Below, one piece after another: positions 44,980-61,340 of a stretch of 64,000 bases of DNA. The number at the start of each line of letters is the position of its first letter. Positions within the stretch are counted from its first letter, which is position 1. A program made the translations under genes and the position numbers. The stretch lies in contig OZ024742.1 in NCBI GenBank assembly GCA_964016885.1, positions 310,434,001 through 310,498,000 of the forward strand, written 5' to 3'. The notes beneath the pieces are model-generated. The model was not told where the DNA came from, did no database searches, and was given only the letters and a program-made list of their open reading frames with translations. This stretch comes from Eledone cirrhosa. Its lineage: Eukaryota.

Positions 44980-45288
44980 CAGTCATGGGCACCCTGCGGC
45001 CCGCGTACCGCATACGGCCCGCGAGGCTTTCTGCATGGCTCGTTTAAGTCACCAAAGTTAAATATTTCTGATTTTTTTACCCCAACTTTTCAGTCATAAT
45101 TTATTTTTCTATCATTTTTACGATTGACGAAAACAACGTGTACGAATTCTGAAGACACTAATCAAAACAACATGAGTTACCGCTCTTTTTTTTAATATGG
45201 GCACGAATGCAAATTAGAGCTTGCGGCCCGCCTGATGATGAACCATATCTCATGCGGCCTGCTTCTTGAAAAAGGTTGCCCATGCCTG
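44980..45288. mobile_element. hAT-family MITE
   Basis: TIRs cagtcatgggcaccct / aggttgcccatgcctg; perfect 8 bp TSD atctatgg. Confidence 0.9.
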
Positions 45289-45725
45289 ATCTATGGTCAT
45301 GAATTTTTGGTAAATACAGAAAGAACAGGATCACGAATACAAGCGGCCGAAACGGGATTCCTCCAAAAGGTCTTTCGAGTAATATAACTTGCCAGGGTTC
45401 GTAACTCGGAGAACACCATCACTCTCGGCAGAGTCGCTATTTCTCCTCATTGACAGATCCCAGTCCCGGTATCGTGGAAATGTGATTAGAATGTCTAAGG
45501 AGAGAATCGCTGGGCGGATTTTATGAGCAAAGTAAACCCACAGGAGAACCATAGGTAGACCCCAGAGAAGATGGTTAGAGAACATCTATAACCTCGGTTT
45601 GTCTCGCTTTGGAATTCAACCAGATCATGTGGAGACAGGTGCTTCTGATACCATCATCAGCAAGGTGTTTCTGAGGACACAGCCCTCACAATCCTTTTAT
45701 GAATAAGTGGGCAAAGAAGAAGAAT
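45289..45725 (+). mobile_element. RTE (Expander-like) LINE 3' fragment
   Basis: YGHEFLVNTERTGSRIQAAETGFL.. and IDRSQ..GNVIRM; (GAA) end. Confidence 0.75.
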
Positions 45726-46110
45726 GGTATTATACCACAACCTATGAAATGTAAACACGATTTTTAATTGCCAACTGTACTATAACATGAAAATATATTG
45801 AGAAATTGAACTGTATTATATTGTTTAATGCTATAAATACTGTTGAAACTGCAATATATACCTTCTTATGATACGATTTATTACCATATAAGGCAATAAT
45901 AACTATCATCATTATATTAACTAGGAAGAGGCAGGTAAAGAAAAATATATATTTAAACACTCAAAGTTTAAAACAAATTAACAATAGCTGGATTTAATAT
46001 CTCAATTGTACATACAATCATTTTGACAACACCCACACCAAAACACATATATTTAAGACATTTACGAATACGACCTAATATATACAAACAAACACAGACA
46101 CACACAAACG

Positions 46111-46145
<35 letters not shown>

Positions 46146-48369
46146 GTATGTATTTAGACATAATTAGGTGCATATACACATTCACATATATAGCTTCGTA
46201 GCCACCTTGAGTTTTTAAGATTTGTGTAGTTAATGCATGGCAGTGGGATGTAGTACTAGACAGTTTCCGTGATATGTGTAGCAATTTTGTCTAGTATGTC
46301 AAAGAAATATTTCGATATGATAAATTTTCTTGTCAGTAGCAAATTGCAGCGACTGTAAGGGAACGCTTTAAACACGCATGTCACTTACATTATATGATAC
46401 TTTCATCAAGGCTGCAATAAAAAGTGCACAAGAACTCATCTCGTCTATATTCTCCTTGTTATCTGGTTTGTGTACCGAGTTGATTTAGATTTACAATTAG
46501 CGGCAAACTGCTCGTAGATTATTACGTTACGACGTCCAATAAATATGAAAGTGGACATTTGGATTTAGAAAGAAATTACGTAAATTTGGAAGCTATAATA
46601 TACAATAAGCCCAGAGGTCGTAGACGACAAACCAACAATCAAACAAACAAATTAGACAGCCATAGCGAACCTATCGCGCTTTTAAAAAAAAAATATTGCG
46701 GTCATATTGCAAAAAGACGTCTACTCAAAAAGTAGGACACTGTGGTTACAGTGTGTCAAACATCGGGATTACAAAGAAATACATACTATGTAACTATTAA
46801 ACTGCGCTTATGTCGAAAGGAAAATAATAAATTACACAGCAGAATATATTTAGAGGATTCGGCATTTTCGAATCGCATACACTTACACATAAAAGGTATC
46901 AGAACAATTAAAAGTCTCTGGCAGCGAGATGAAGCGACCAAGTTGAAGCTACGAAGTCTCCGTCATTTTTTACTTAGAATATTTATATGTCTAAAGAAAG
47001 TGTGCATAATAAATGCCATACTGCATAAATTCGTAAACAAATGAGGTACAAATAAGAAACATGAGTAGACAGCTGTTAGTCATTTCTGTAAAATAGGGAA
47101 GAGCATTTTATGAGATGGGGCGGGAATCCTCGAGCTATTTAAAAAGTTGAAGAAAGGAGACAACTACGAAAGCATGCATCGGTGTGTTACACATCCTCAA
47201 CATAGTATAGACTTAATTTGCTTGCAAATAAGAATTTACAGCTTTAGAAAAGAAAAATGGGTAGATTTAATGCAAATACCTTGGAGATTCAATTACTAAT
47301 ATTATAAATATCCCTAGAATAGGGAAACAGAAGACCAACACATCTACAGGCCATATTCAATGATTCCATCAGGAGCGGAACATAATTTCGAAAAATAAAT
47401 TAGGAATAAATCCTCGAATGATTTAACATGCTGTAGAAAAAAACTGCGCGATTCTTGTTGCTGATAAAATCGAAAAGGCGGAGACATAGATAGATATTTG
47501 TGCCTTGCTTGCAAGAAAGATCAGACTGTCGTTTCCTCAGTATTGCAAGTTATTCAAGAAATGACTTTAAAAACTATCGCCCTTTTTGGGAAGAATCGAT
47601 AACAATTGTCACCCTTTATTTTGTTTCCCGTCTCCCACATGGAAGGATGTTTCAAAACACCAAAAATGTATCATGTACGTTATTCAATACATCACCATTT
47701 TGTTTGATTATCTAAAGTCATGATATTGACACATTTGTATTTTTGGGGTGGTGGAAGCAGTGGGTGTTTACATATCCGTGCTTCCCTTAGAGAAAACCAC
47801 TAGGCATCCTTCCCATTGCCATCAACACCAATTTGAGAAAATCTGTATCTTAATTAGGAATTAAGTTTAGGAAAGAAACAAGGAACTAACCCTATAATTT
47901 CTATTAATTAAAACAATCGGTACCCGAGTTTAAAACAATCAGGGCCCGTGTCTTATGCAACAGATATACCATAGATAAACAGAATTTATCCGCATATCTA
48001 ACACTGTGTACCTTCTTCTGAAGTCTTTGCGATATTCTCTTTATTGAACTGTCCACTGAATTTATCGTGAATAGGATTTCAGGATACAAATATTAGTAAA
48101 CTTTGAGTCTTACTGATAAATGCTGAACCATGCAATTTGAAGTACCTAGCGTGCCTGAATTGCCTCGGAAGAGGAAGTCAATACTTTATAATACCAACAC
48201 CCATGACCATTTCAAGCAACAATGTAATGATCTGATTATTACCTTGGAAACCGAACCCACTTGCATTGCACGGCTTTTTAAACAAAGAGATTTTTCAGTT
48301 CCATACTCCATAATGCTTCAAGTAAACTATCTCTTTCAAGTAAACTATCTCTTTATATATATATATAAA

Positions 48370-49581
<1,212 letters not shown>

Positions 49582-49595
49582 TATATATATATGTA

Positions 49596-49820
49596 TGACT
49601 GGAGTTATATATTGAATCATATACAAAATGTTCATGAAAATAAATATGTTTTAGCCTTGCTATGAATTTTCGAAGTAGTGAATATCATCACTGTTCTTTA
49701 GCGACAAGGAGACACCACCCTAACGGCCGTTCTATTTATTTACATGAGCATTTTGTATATGATTCAATATAGAATACTGCTTATCAATCGTTTTATGTCA
49801 GAGTATAACAACCTCTCAAT
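49596..49820. mobile_element. Short foldback element
   Basis: Arms 49608-49646 / 49733-49770. Confidence 0.6.
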
Positions 49821-50468
49821 AATTAGAGCTCGTCAGCTTTTGCTCTGTATGCAAATGAGCGTCATCAGCCGATGATCATCAGCATAAATACGATAAGCTT
49901 TTAGCTTAATTTAATCTTAGTCTACAAGCGAGATAAGTTGTTAACAAATCAGGCATACTCCCATCCACTGCATCTAAGCAAGAACAACCTTGAAAAAGTC
50001 AAGGCCACTGACTACTCTTCCCTTTCTGAATAAATCATAAATAAAACAGAATATAAACAACTTTTCTGCTGCAGTATTGGAACTGTAATATTGGTGCAAC
50101 AATAGTAGCAGCCATTTCAGTGAGTGTAACTGTTATTTTTGCAGCTGTCTTTGGTGCAGCTGTGGCTGTCAATTTCACTGTTACTCTTGTCGTTATCATT
50201 TTAATGTTCTAACTGTTCTAGTTGGTGCTTTCTCTTGATATATAGCTCTTCTTGCTCCCTGATACTCCTTTAGCTGTTGTTGTTTTTTCTTGTTGATATT
50301 GTTGTTGCTGTTATTGCTGTTAATGCTGCTCGTGTTAATATAGGTCTTGCTAGTTTTGAGCTTGTTACTCGTTACTAATGTTACTGCTGTTGTAGTAGTT
50401 AGTAAGTTGCCAGACATTTTATTGTATTTAATATATCGGAAGTTCTGTGTGTCTGTGTATGTATTATG

Positions 50469-50525
<57 letters not shown>

Positions 50526-50663
50526 TGTGTGTGCGTGTGTGTGTGTGCGTGTGTGTGTATATATATATATATATATACACATTTTGGTATTGATAAACAG
50601 TTTATTAGTAGTAGTGGTAGCAGCAGCAGCAGCAGCAGCAGTAGTAGTGATAGCAGCAGCAGC

Positions 50664-50718
<55 letters not shown>

Positions 50719-51029
50719 AGCGGAGGAGGATGGGGAGGTGCCACAACTAGAACAGTAGCAGTAGTTGTTAATATGGCCAGTCCTCTTGATGTTACAAATA
50801 TCACTTTTGTTACATTTGTTATTAGTGTTTGTGATGGTTGTGTTGTTGTTGCTGCTGTTGCCTAGATGTCAACGCTAATTTTTGTTGACAACCGCCTTTA
50901 AATCATCTTTAATGGTTTTCACGTTTATCAAACAAATAACTGGTGGAGCTGTTTAACCCCACAATCACTGTACTTGTCATGTTTAACAAGCCTTTATTTA
51001 TGTCGGCTCAACATTCATCGTTATGTTTG

Positions 51030-51185
<156 letters not shown>

Positions 51186-51187
51186 AT

Positions 51188-51676
51188 TTTTCGCTCTACA
51201 TGGCTGAATACAATAAAGGTAATCTGGGTTTTTTGAATATTAATAATAATATTCGATCCGTTTGCAATTATGCAGACAAGGCCTCATTTTTAAAGCCATG
51301 TCAGTAGAATGAACCCTTCATTCTTGATCTTGTGTTGGCATGTAAACAGAACTGCAGACACTAATGTTTCTGGGTATCAGCCTACTGACCAGTAAGTTTC
51401 CTGTATACGAGCGATAAATGGCCGGCTTTGCCACATTCAAATAGAAAACAAATGTTCGCTCTACATGGCTGAATACAATAAATGTAATCTGGGTTTTTCG
51501 AATATTAATAATAACATTCGATTCGTTTGCAATTATGCAAACAAGCCTCATTTTTAAAGCCATGTCAGTAGACTGAACCCTTCATTCTTGCTCTTGTGTT
51601 GGCATGTAAACAGTTGGCAGGTGAACAGTGAGCTGTACTGATGAAGGATGATACACAGAAACATTAGTGTCTGCAG

Positions 51677-51681
<5 letters not shown>
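51188..51681. mobile_element. Family O tandem plus inversion
   Basis: Direct repeat 51191-51349 / 51456-51613; inverted 51347-51372 / 51656-51681. Confidence 0.8.
51631..51678 (+). ncRNA. Type I hammerhead
   Basis: agctgta-CTGATGA-weak stem II-GAAAC-attagt-GTC-tgcagtt. Confidence 0.65.
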
Positions 51682-51722
<41 letters not shown>

Positions 51723-51730
51723 AAACAATG

Positions 51731-51856
51731 ATTGTTTCCGAAGACGACGGTCTGATCGAACCTATATATAATGCCTGATAGTATACAGTTATATAACTGC
51801 TATAGATCAGTCAATATGTCAATATGATCAATTCTCCGAAACGATCGTAAAACAAT
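51731..51856 (+). ncRNA. Hammerhead-fold motif, CCGAAGA core, 93 nt stem II region (family R)
   Basis: attgttt-CCGAAGA-...-GAAAC-gatc-GTA-aaacaat. Confidence 0.6.
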
Positions 51857-52321
51857 GATATGCATAAGTACAATAACTTGACTTTGTTATTGTTTTCATT
51901 GTTAAATTAATATTATCTGATATATATATATATATATATATAAGATAATATTAATTTAACAATGAAAATAATAACAAAGTCAAGTTATTGTACCTATGCA
52001 TATCATTGTTTTACGATCGAACTTGTAACTTCCGTATGCGTTTGGGCTGTGTTAGTACATTACACCGTAAGCAGCCGTAACCACAGTCAAAGCACGTACC
52101 AACGCTTTTGAATTACTAAACGCCAAGATTTTGATATTTTCTTTCAGTTTTGGTCTTTTCTCAACCTGCTTCCGTTTTATCCAAGTTGAATATTTTCTGC
52201 TTCTCTTACTACTTTGTAAATTAGTGCTCTGTCACGCTTCCTTAGTCCAATGACATCTAAAAAGGATATTTTGGGTTCTGTCTCTCTTTATTTCTCTCTA
52301 TATATACTCTCTCTATATATA

Positions 52322-52980
52322 TCAAATGAAAAAACAGAGTTTCGTAGTCTTTATGTTCGTCACTCTAGTGGTTCTCTACCCCTCGTAATTGAAAACATGC
52401 CCCTTTTTGTGTTTTCTTCTCTATATACTCTATTATGAAGAGCCCGGTACTTATTTCTTCAGTTCATTAAATTACAGGTGATTAACGCGAGTCTTTAAAT
52501 CCGTTTTTTAATTTAATATTTTGGCTCCTAATTTCTTTGTTAGTTGAACTTTTCAATTTGAATGATTATAGGCTGCCATTTCTAGCGGTTTCTTGATCCT
52601 TTCAAGCTACTATGTAGTGTGGCATGCATGTTTCCATTTCTCTCACCATGTGCGTTTTTTCAGTTGTCTAAAATCTCTGTTGTCTAAAATCTTCAGTTGT
52701 CTAAAATCTTCTTTACACCTGCCGACGAACCCTGAGACGTTATGGCCAACACTGTTTATGGCGAAACATTCTCTTCTTTGAGATTGTCCAGGTGTTTTAT
52801 AGCTATAAAGGTAGGTTTGTACATTTTAATTTACCTTTTTAATTATGTACCCCTCGTAATTGAAAACATGCCCCTTTTTGTGTTTTCTTCTCTATATACT
52901 GTATTATGAAGAGCTCGGTACTTATTCCTTGAGTTCATTAAATTACAGGGGGTTAATGTGAGTTTTAACTCCGTTTTTTC
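52322..52980 (+). mobile_element. Family S partial-tandem element
   Basis: ~130 bp direct repeats 52377-52509 / 52848-52979 (period 471), TA-rich flanks. Confidence 0.75.
52715..52795 (+). ncRNA. Hammerhead-fold motif, CCGACGA core (family S)
   Basis: acacctg-CCGACGA-...gcca/tggc-GAAAC-a-ttctc/gaga-tt-GTC-caggtgt. Confidence 0.65.
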
Positions 52981-53185
52981 ATTATATATATATATATATA
53001 TATTCATTATATATATATATATATATATATATATTCATTATATATATATATATATATTCTCTTGGAACAATTTCCCTAATAATTTCAATTTAACATAAAT
53101 ATGCATATATGTGAGGAAAGGGGAGATGGAAAGAGAAAGAGATAAAGAGGAAGAATTACCCCCGGTTTCTTCCGGAGAAAAAAAG

Positions 53186-53242
<57 letters not shown>

Positions 53243-53281
53243 GAGAGAGGTAGAGAGAGAGAGAGAGAGGTAGAGAGAGAG

Positions 53282-53326
<45 letters not shown>

Positions 53327-53415
53327 AAAAAGGCATGTGGATTATCTATTTTTTTTTACCGTCGGTACTAGTTACGCCAAAATGATTCTAATTTATGTTC
53401 TTAATTCAGTAATTC

Positions 53416-53474
53416 AAATGTAGACTGCTGCCTAAATGTAGACTGCTGCCTAAATGTAGACTGCTGCCTAAATG
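53416..53474. repeat. 18 bp tandem repeat x3
   Basis: aaatgtagactgctgcct repeated. Confidence 0.95.
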
Positions 53475-56293
53475 TTTCCCTTATAATGAATTTTCAAATT
53501 TTTAATTATCTACTTTCATGATAGAAATATCGGAACCGGAAGAAAAGGGATTTAATTGAATCAGTAACCACTACATGGCATATCAGCAAAACGCAATCAT
53601 ATTGGTTTCCGGAAATAATTAAATTATAATCGGAACCGGTAGTGATATGTTTGCGGCGTAATCTAGGATACCGGATACATGATTTTGATGATCATAAAAA
53701 AAGTATTTGTCGGAAAAAGCTCACTAAGGAAAAAGCTTAAACGTATTTATTCGATCTGATATAAAAACCAGGCATATCCCATTGAAACTACAATCTTAGC
53801 GTTTAATAAAAAGAGGAACACACTAGACGATGTTAATCTAAATACATTCCATCAGAAGCTCATATATGTGTATGTCTCAACCGGATCAAGGCTTGATCAT
53901 GAGCCTGATGAACAACGCCAACAATCTACCAAATAACTATTGATTTCTAAGTTGAGCACATGTCCAGAGAGCCTAGGCGATTAAATCGTTCCCGTTCTTT
54001 TTCTTCGTTCTTTCTCTTTTTTTTCTTTTCTGTATTTCCCTATTCTTTCTTTCATTGTTTCCCCTTTTTTATTGTTTTATTACTAAATAAGGTTTGTTTC
54101 TTGTACTTAACTAATACTTAGCTTAACGATCAGGGAACAATATAAAGCAAATATGGTTTGAACTCAGAAATGAATGAGACTAAATATCACAGGATATATT
54201 TCCTAAGACAAAATATCACAGCGAATCTTTCATACTACTGACTCTGGTTACAGTGTAATAATTGAGCTAACGATATGCTCGCTTGATCAGTTAGAAACAG
54301 CAGCCAAATCAACTTCAACTTACAGATATAAACACCCTATTACAAAATAAAACGATACAACATATCAAATAATATACTGGCGACCAGAATTCGTTTTATC
54401 ACAAGTTTACTAAGCTCTGAGTGACATGGGGCTAATCAACAACATAACTAACAATCAAATAAGGATAAGGATAGATATTTTGTTTTAGTTTATAGTATAA
54501 GTATTTTATTATAACCATTTTGATACCATCACACTCAAAACGGCCTCTGGTTCTATGAAACACGACCCCCCCCCCCCATTTTGAAATGTTTATATTTTAA
54601 TTAACATCTCCCCACACAATTTGATATAGTAACCATATGTTAAACAAAATTTGATAACTTTGATAGGTTTCGGCCAGTATTGGCCCAGGCCATGTCTAAC
54701 GTAATAGCACTACCATGTTACAAATATTATTTTAATAATGAAATAATTGATAATTTTTATTAAATCTCTGAAATACAGTACTTTTCCATAGAAATATGGT
54801 CATTAAAGTGTTAAAATCTCTTTCGTGGTTTAGTAGGAAACACCGGTTAGTTTATTGTTTTGTTTTGTTTTTTAAATAAATTTTGATTTACTTTCTTCAT
54901 TGTATGTATATATGAATCTATAACTCTAGGTGGGTTGTAGGCGTGCTGCGGTGACATACGGAGTATCTTGGGCATTCTAAACTGACGGCGACTGTTCCAT
55001 CTCCAGGTCTGAACACAGAAAAGAAGAGAGAAATATAGACAGTAAGTGGGAAATATTATAGAGCAAGAAGTGACCCGAGTATTTGGCTGGTACTTTTTAT
55101 CGACCACAACAGGTTTGAAAGGCAAGGTTGACCTCAATGGCATTTGAATTCATAGCGCAGAGTGCCGGAACGAATACCACAAAATATTATATCCAACGTT
55201 CTAATGATTCTAAGAATGTAAAGAGCCTGAACAAATACCGCAATGGCTCTACCAAATCTGCCAATACTATACATGCCAAAGTGGTGTTATTAATGTTGGT
55301 GATGGTTGTTACTGTTTAGGTTCAGGTCAGACCTGAGAGAGCAGAACTATGATGAAATGTTTTGAAGTCAGGATCATCCCGCTTTTGGGGTTTTTAAAAA
55401 AAAGTATCTAGAACTATATTGTGGTGTGTATCTGTTCTGTTAAACGGCGAATTGGCAGAGTCGTTACAACGTCGGATAGAATGCTTTGTAGAATTCATTT
55501 CGGTTCTCTGCCGAAGTCAAATTTGCCTTTCATTCATTGATGGTCGATGAAAAAAAAGGACCAGTCAAATACTGGGGTCAATTCTTCCTTTATATCTTTT
55601 TCTCACTTCCTTTCTCTCACTCTCTCTAGCCTTCTTTGGAAGAAATATACTGTATTCAGACCTGGAGAGGAGATAGTCACCGGCAGATTTTAAAAAATGC
55701 CCTAGAAACGCCATATGTCAATATGGCGCCTCTACGACTCCGTTATGAGTTACGGGTTCATACCATACCATACCATCTGTTCTGTTACCTAAGACAATAC
55801 GATGTTATTTGAGAGTGATTTTGCTACCATTTCTAGCATGTCAAGTGAGCCCGAATGTGTTGTTGCGATAGCAACATGTCTTTGACTATTACCATAAAAC
55901 TGGATGAAAAGAAGAAAATTGGTCACAGCCGAAGCATGCTGTGAAATCCCACCAAACAACAAATAACAGAAACAATCAAAATTTTAAAACTTTATTCTAC
56001 AGGGTCTGTTACCAGGAGATGATAATTACACGATAAAAGATTATAAAACCTTATATAATTACAAATTCTACGAGATTTCTTTTCTTTGCTTAGAAAATTA
56101 CTTTGGTCGTCGTTTACAATTAAATAGGATTACTTTAATTTTAATTAAATTAATAGAGCTTTAATGCATTTCACACATGACATTTTAATTTTTAATAGCC
56201 TGTCAAATAAAACACACTTGTCATTCTGCATGACAATAAATACAGTTTCAGTTACTAAACAAATGGTCTGGGAACCGAATTTCATACGCTCAA

Positions 56294-56359
<66 letters not shown>

Positions 56360-56446
56360 TGTGCAACATAAAAGGAATCAACAAAGCAAACATCGCACAA
56401 AATGAAGAAATGTATTAGTTTAACGCTTGATATAGTAGGAAAAGAG

Positions 56447-56482
56447 TCTTTACGTTTCGGAAACTAGTCCTTCTTCAGAAGA
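56447..56482 (-). ncRNA. Minimal PLE-type hammerhead
   Basis: tctt-CTGAAGA-a-gga/tcc-GAAAC-GTA-aaga; loopless palindromic stem III (acgt). Confidence 0.7.
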
Positions 56483-57179
56483 TAGAATCACCGATAAAAG
56501 ATGAAAATAGAAATATAGAGAGTGAGAAGAGGAACGTGTCTATTCAATCAGCCATTTTGGAGACATATGCGTTTGTATGTTTGTGTGTGTTTGTGAATGT
56601 TTATTTGTGTGTACGTTTACGGGCTTCTCATGGAAATGTTTTGGTAAATATTAATGTTATTTAATAGTTTCTGAGGAAATTAATATAGCAGGAATGAATA
56701 TTCCTATTGCTTTAATCGGAACATTTGTCAATCAATTAAATGATTTAATTTAATTTAAATCATGGCTATTTTATTTTTCATTAATATATATGCTCTGTGA
56801 TATTGTAAAACTACAGTGATTCGAAATTTACAAATTGGATTAAACTCTGAACTGTCTTTTACCTATCATGCTGTGAAATATAAAATGACATTAGAGCTTT
56901 GAAATATTCTTTGCTTTACATGGTAGTATTCTCAACTCATCTGAACTCATATATATATATATATATATATAGAAACGAGTAGGACCCCGACGGCTGAGCT
57001 CAAGCCGTTTCGACGGCTAATTCTGGACTAAAAAATTTTTTTAGTCCAGAATTAGCCGTCGAAACGGCTTGAGCTCAGCCGTCGGACTCCTACTCGTTCC
57101 TATTACCCACTCTACTACCCTAAGTATTGAGTACTTTGGTGCGTTATGGTCCACCTGGTTCCTTACCACATTTCCTTCG

Positions 57180-57250
<71 letters not shown>

Positions 57251-57494
57251 AAGAAAGAGAGAGAGAGAGAGATGGCAATATGAATGTACCTGTTACTTTT
57301 CTCTAAAAACATTTTTTCCGATTCCACCCTGCTGCCCGTCCCTTCAGTCTGTTTCATTTCTCATTGATTATTATGATGAAGGACTAGCGAATGAAATGTT
57401 AAGACCCTCTTCCTGCTATTCCAAGCGATAAACTAATATATTCCTTCCATATACTGTACCATTTGTGTTACTTCTGGTTATCTTTTACATCGAC

Positions 57495-57593
57495 GTCAAC
57501 TTCGCCTTTCATCCTTACGGGGTCGATAAAATAAAATACCAGTAATGTACTGGGTAATTGCTGACCTTGCGCCAAAAAAATTGAAACAATTAT

Positions 57594-57679
<86 letters not shown>

Positions 57680-57715
57680 ATTGCTGGCCGGCCTTGTGCC
57701 AATAGTAGAAACAAT

Positions 57716-57717
<2 letters not shown>
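57495..57717 (+). mobile_element. Meta-type SINE 3' part with duplicated terminus in (TA)n
   Basis: 57495-57592 plus a repeated end at 57678-57717. Confidence 0.75.
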
Positions 57718-59117
<1,400 letters not shown>

Positions 59118-59208
59118 ATATATATATATATATATATACATTATGAAGAGAGAAGAAACATTTAGATATAATTAGTAATAAAATGTATCACCTAAACTGC
59201 TCCTAGAT

Positions 59209-59298
59209 TCCTCGACTACGTAGTTTCGTGGCATAAACAAAAACAATACATCATAAAGATATACAGCCCTTGCGAGGTCTGCCGACTTATCAAGAGGA
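59209..59298 (-). ncRNA. Hammerhead with U3-A8 core, copy 1
   Basis: tcctc-TTGATAA-gtcggca..tgccac-GAAAC-tacgta-GTC-gagga. Confidence 0.75.
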
Positions 59299-59800
59299 TA
59301 CCTCGTTTTCTAGCTTCAAGAACGCGTCTACATGACGTGAGAAAGAATCCCAAAAGGCGGAGGGGGAGATAGTCACGCGATATAACGGTCGAGAAACAGA
59401 GCTAAGCCTCTTATAACCCCGAAGAAAATACCACGGAGGCGGAGGGGGTATTTATATCGAAGCCGTAGAAGAGGTGGTGAGGGAGGCGAGAAGTATGAGT
59501 AATGGCAGCTTTCCAGCAGTCACCACACTTCAAAGATTACTCGACCAGAGGGAGTTATGAACAATATATTTAGAAACACACAGATACATGCGGACACACA
59601 CATATACATGAATGCATCCACATCCAACCGTGAGTTAATGGTGCCAACATCACCGATGTTGCTCAATGAATGACTGGGACAGACCAATCCGGTTGAATTA
59701 AACTGAACCAGTATCAGAGTTAAAAATACATTATGAAGAGAGAAGAAACATTTAGATATAATTAGTAATAAAATGTATCATACCTAAACTGCTCCTAGAT

Positions 59801-59890
59801 TCCTCGACTACGTAGTTTCGTGGCATAAACAAAAACAATACATCATAAAGATATACAGCCCTTGCGAGGTCTGCCGACTTATCAAGAGGA
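59801..59890 (-). ncRNA. Hammerhead with U3-A8 core, copy 2
   Basis: Identical motif to 59209-59298. Confidence 0.75.
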
Positions 59891-60147
59891 TACCTCGTTT
59901 TCTAGCTTCAAGAACGCGTCAGGAGCCCGACAGCTGAGCTCCGGTCGTTTCGACAGCTAGATCCGAACTCAGTTTGGATGTAGCTGTCGAAACGGCCGGA
60001 GCTCAGCCGTCGGGGTCCTGACTATTTTCTTATTACCCACTCTACTACCCTAAGTATCGAGTACTCTGGTGCGTTATGGTCCACCTGGTTCCTTACCACA
60101 CTTTGTTATATATATAAAATATTGAGTTCACTTTGTTATATATATAT

Positions 60148-61305
60148 ACTGAGTTCAAATCCCGTTGAGGTTAACTTTGCCTTCATCCTTACGGGGTCGA
60201 TAAAATAAAGTACCAGTAATGTACTGGGTAATTGCTGGCCTTGTGCCAAAAGTAGAAACAGTTATATATATATATTGAACATTTACGCACGAAAACACAC
60301 ACACACAAACATATATGGATATATTCTTCTTCGCCCACATATTCATTCCTAAGAGTGTGATGTGGGAAAAGTTCTCGATTACTCCGTCTAGCGGGATCTG
60401 TCAGAAGCAACCGTCTCCAAATAAATGAGTAAATAAATAAAAACTAAGATTAAAATCGATATGTATTTCTAACTATTGACTACCTGAAAACTTACCTAAT
60501 ATCTCATTGAGCATTATATTAATGGTACAGGTATTTGTGTAATAATGGTTTCATCAGTAGACTCTTCCTTTCACCGAAAACATGGAAAACTCATCGTCGA
60601 AACAGCCGAAAGTCCTTTTCCTATTCCATTATAGTCCGAAGGAAATGTAACAGATTTGAGGTGTAATAATTGTTTCTACTTTTGGCACAAGACCAGTAAT
60701 TATTCCAGTGTATTACTGGTACTTTATTTTATCGACCCCGTAAAGATGAAAGGCAACGTTAACCTCGGCGGGATTCGAACTCAGAATGGCAAGGGCCGTA
60801 ACTCTATGCGTCAAATCATAGCGTCCGTCACTCTACCGTTACTGCCAATCCACCGTGTAATAATGTATTATGTGTCATACATATTAGGAGTAAGGATTAT
60901 GACTGTAGGAGGTCGTGACTTTCTACATGGTGGAATTCATGTGATTTGGGATCATTGATTAATCAGAAAAAATGTTTAAAAATGTTTAAAAGAATATTTG
61001 ATAATAAAATAAAGAAATACAACTATAATAAATAGAAATATGATATAATATCAAATGGATATAATGCCATGTTTTTACATTTGGCATGCGAGCAATACAT
61101 TTGGCATGTCAGCAATTTGAAGGGAAGTGAAAAGTCGATTAAATCGATCCCGGTGCGTGACTGCTACTTTATTTATCGACCCCGCAAGGATGAAAAGCAA
61201 AGCTAACCTCGGCTGGATTTGAACTGAGATCAGAAAGAGCCGTAACTCTATGCTGCAAAGCATGGTATCCGATGTTCTACTGATATTGCAAAACCACCGT
61301 CCTTT
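60148..61305. mobile_element. Three Meta-type SINE copies
   Basis: 60148-60265(+), 60665-60856(-, TSD gtgtaataat), 61110-61305(-). Confidence 0.8.
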
Positions 61306-61340
61306 ATAATGTCATGAAATAATAATAATAATAATAATAA

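Larger units (their letters stand above)
59136..59920 (-). mobile_element. Retrozyme-like non-coding element with two hammerheads
   Basis: ~193 bp near-identical direct repeats 59136-59328 / 59726-59920; no ORF listed in the track. Confidence 0.8.

Noticed and set aside
46500-48330. Possible decayed DNA transposase remnants (e.g. PELPRKRK at ~48130)
   Set aside because: Too fragmentary to assign without a profile search
54510-54815. Possible piggyBac-like MITE (taaccattt...aaagtgttaa)
   Set aside because: Terminal repeats too degenerate to support
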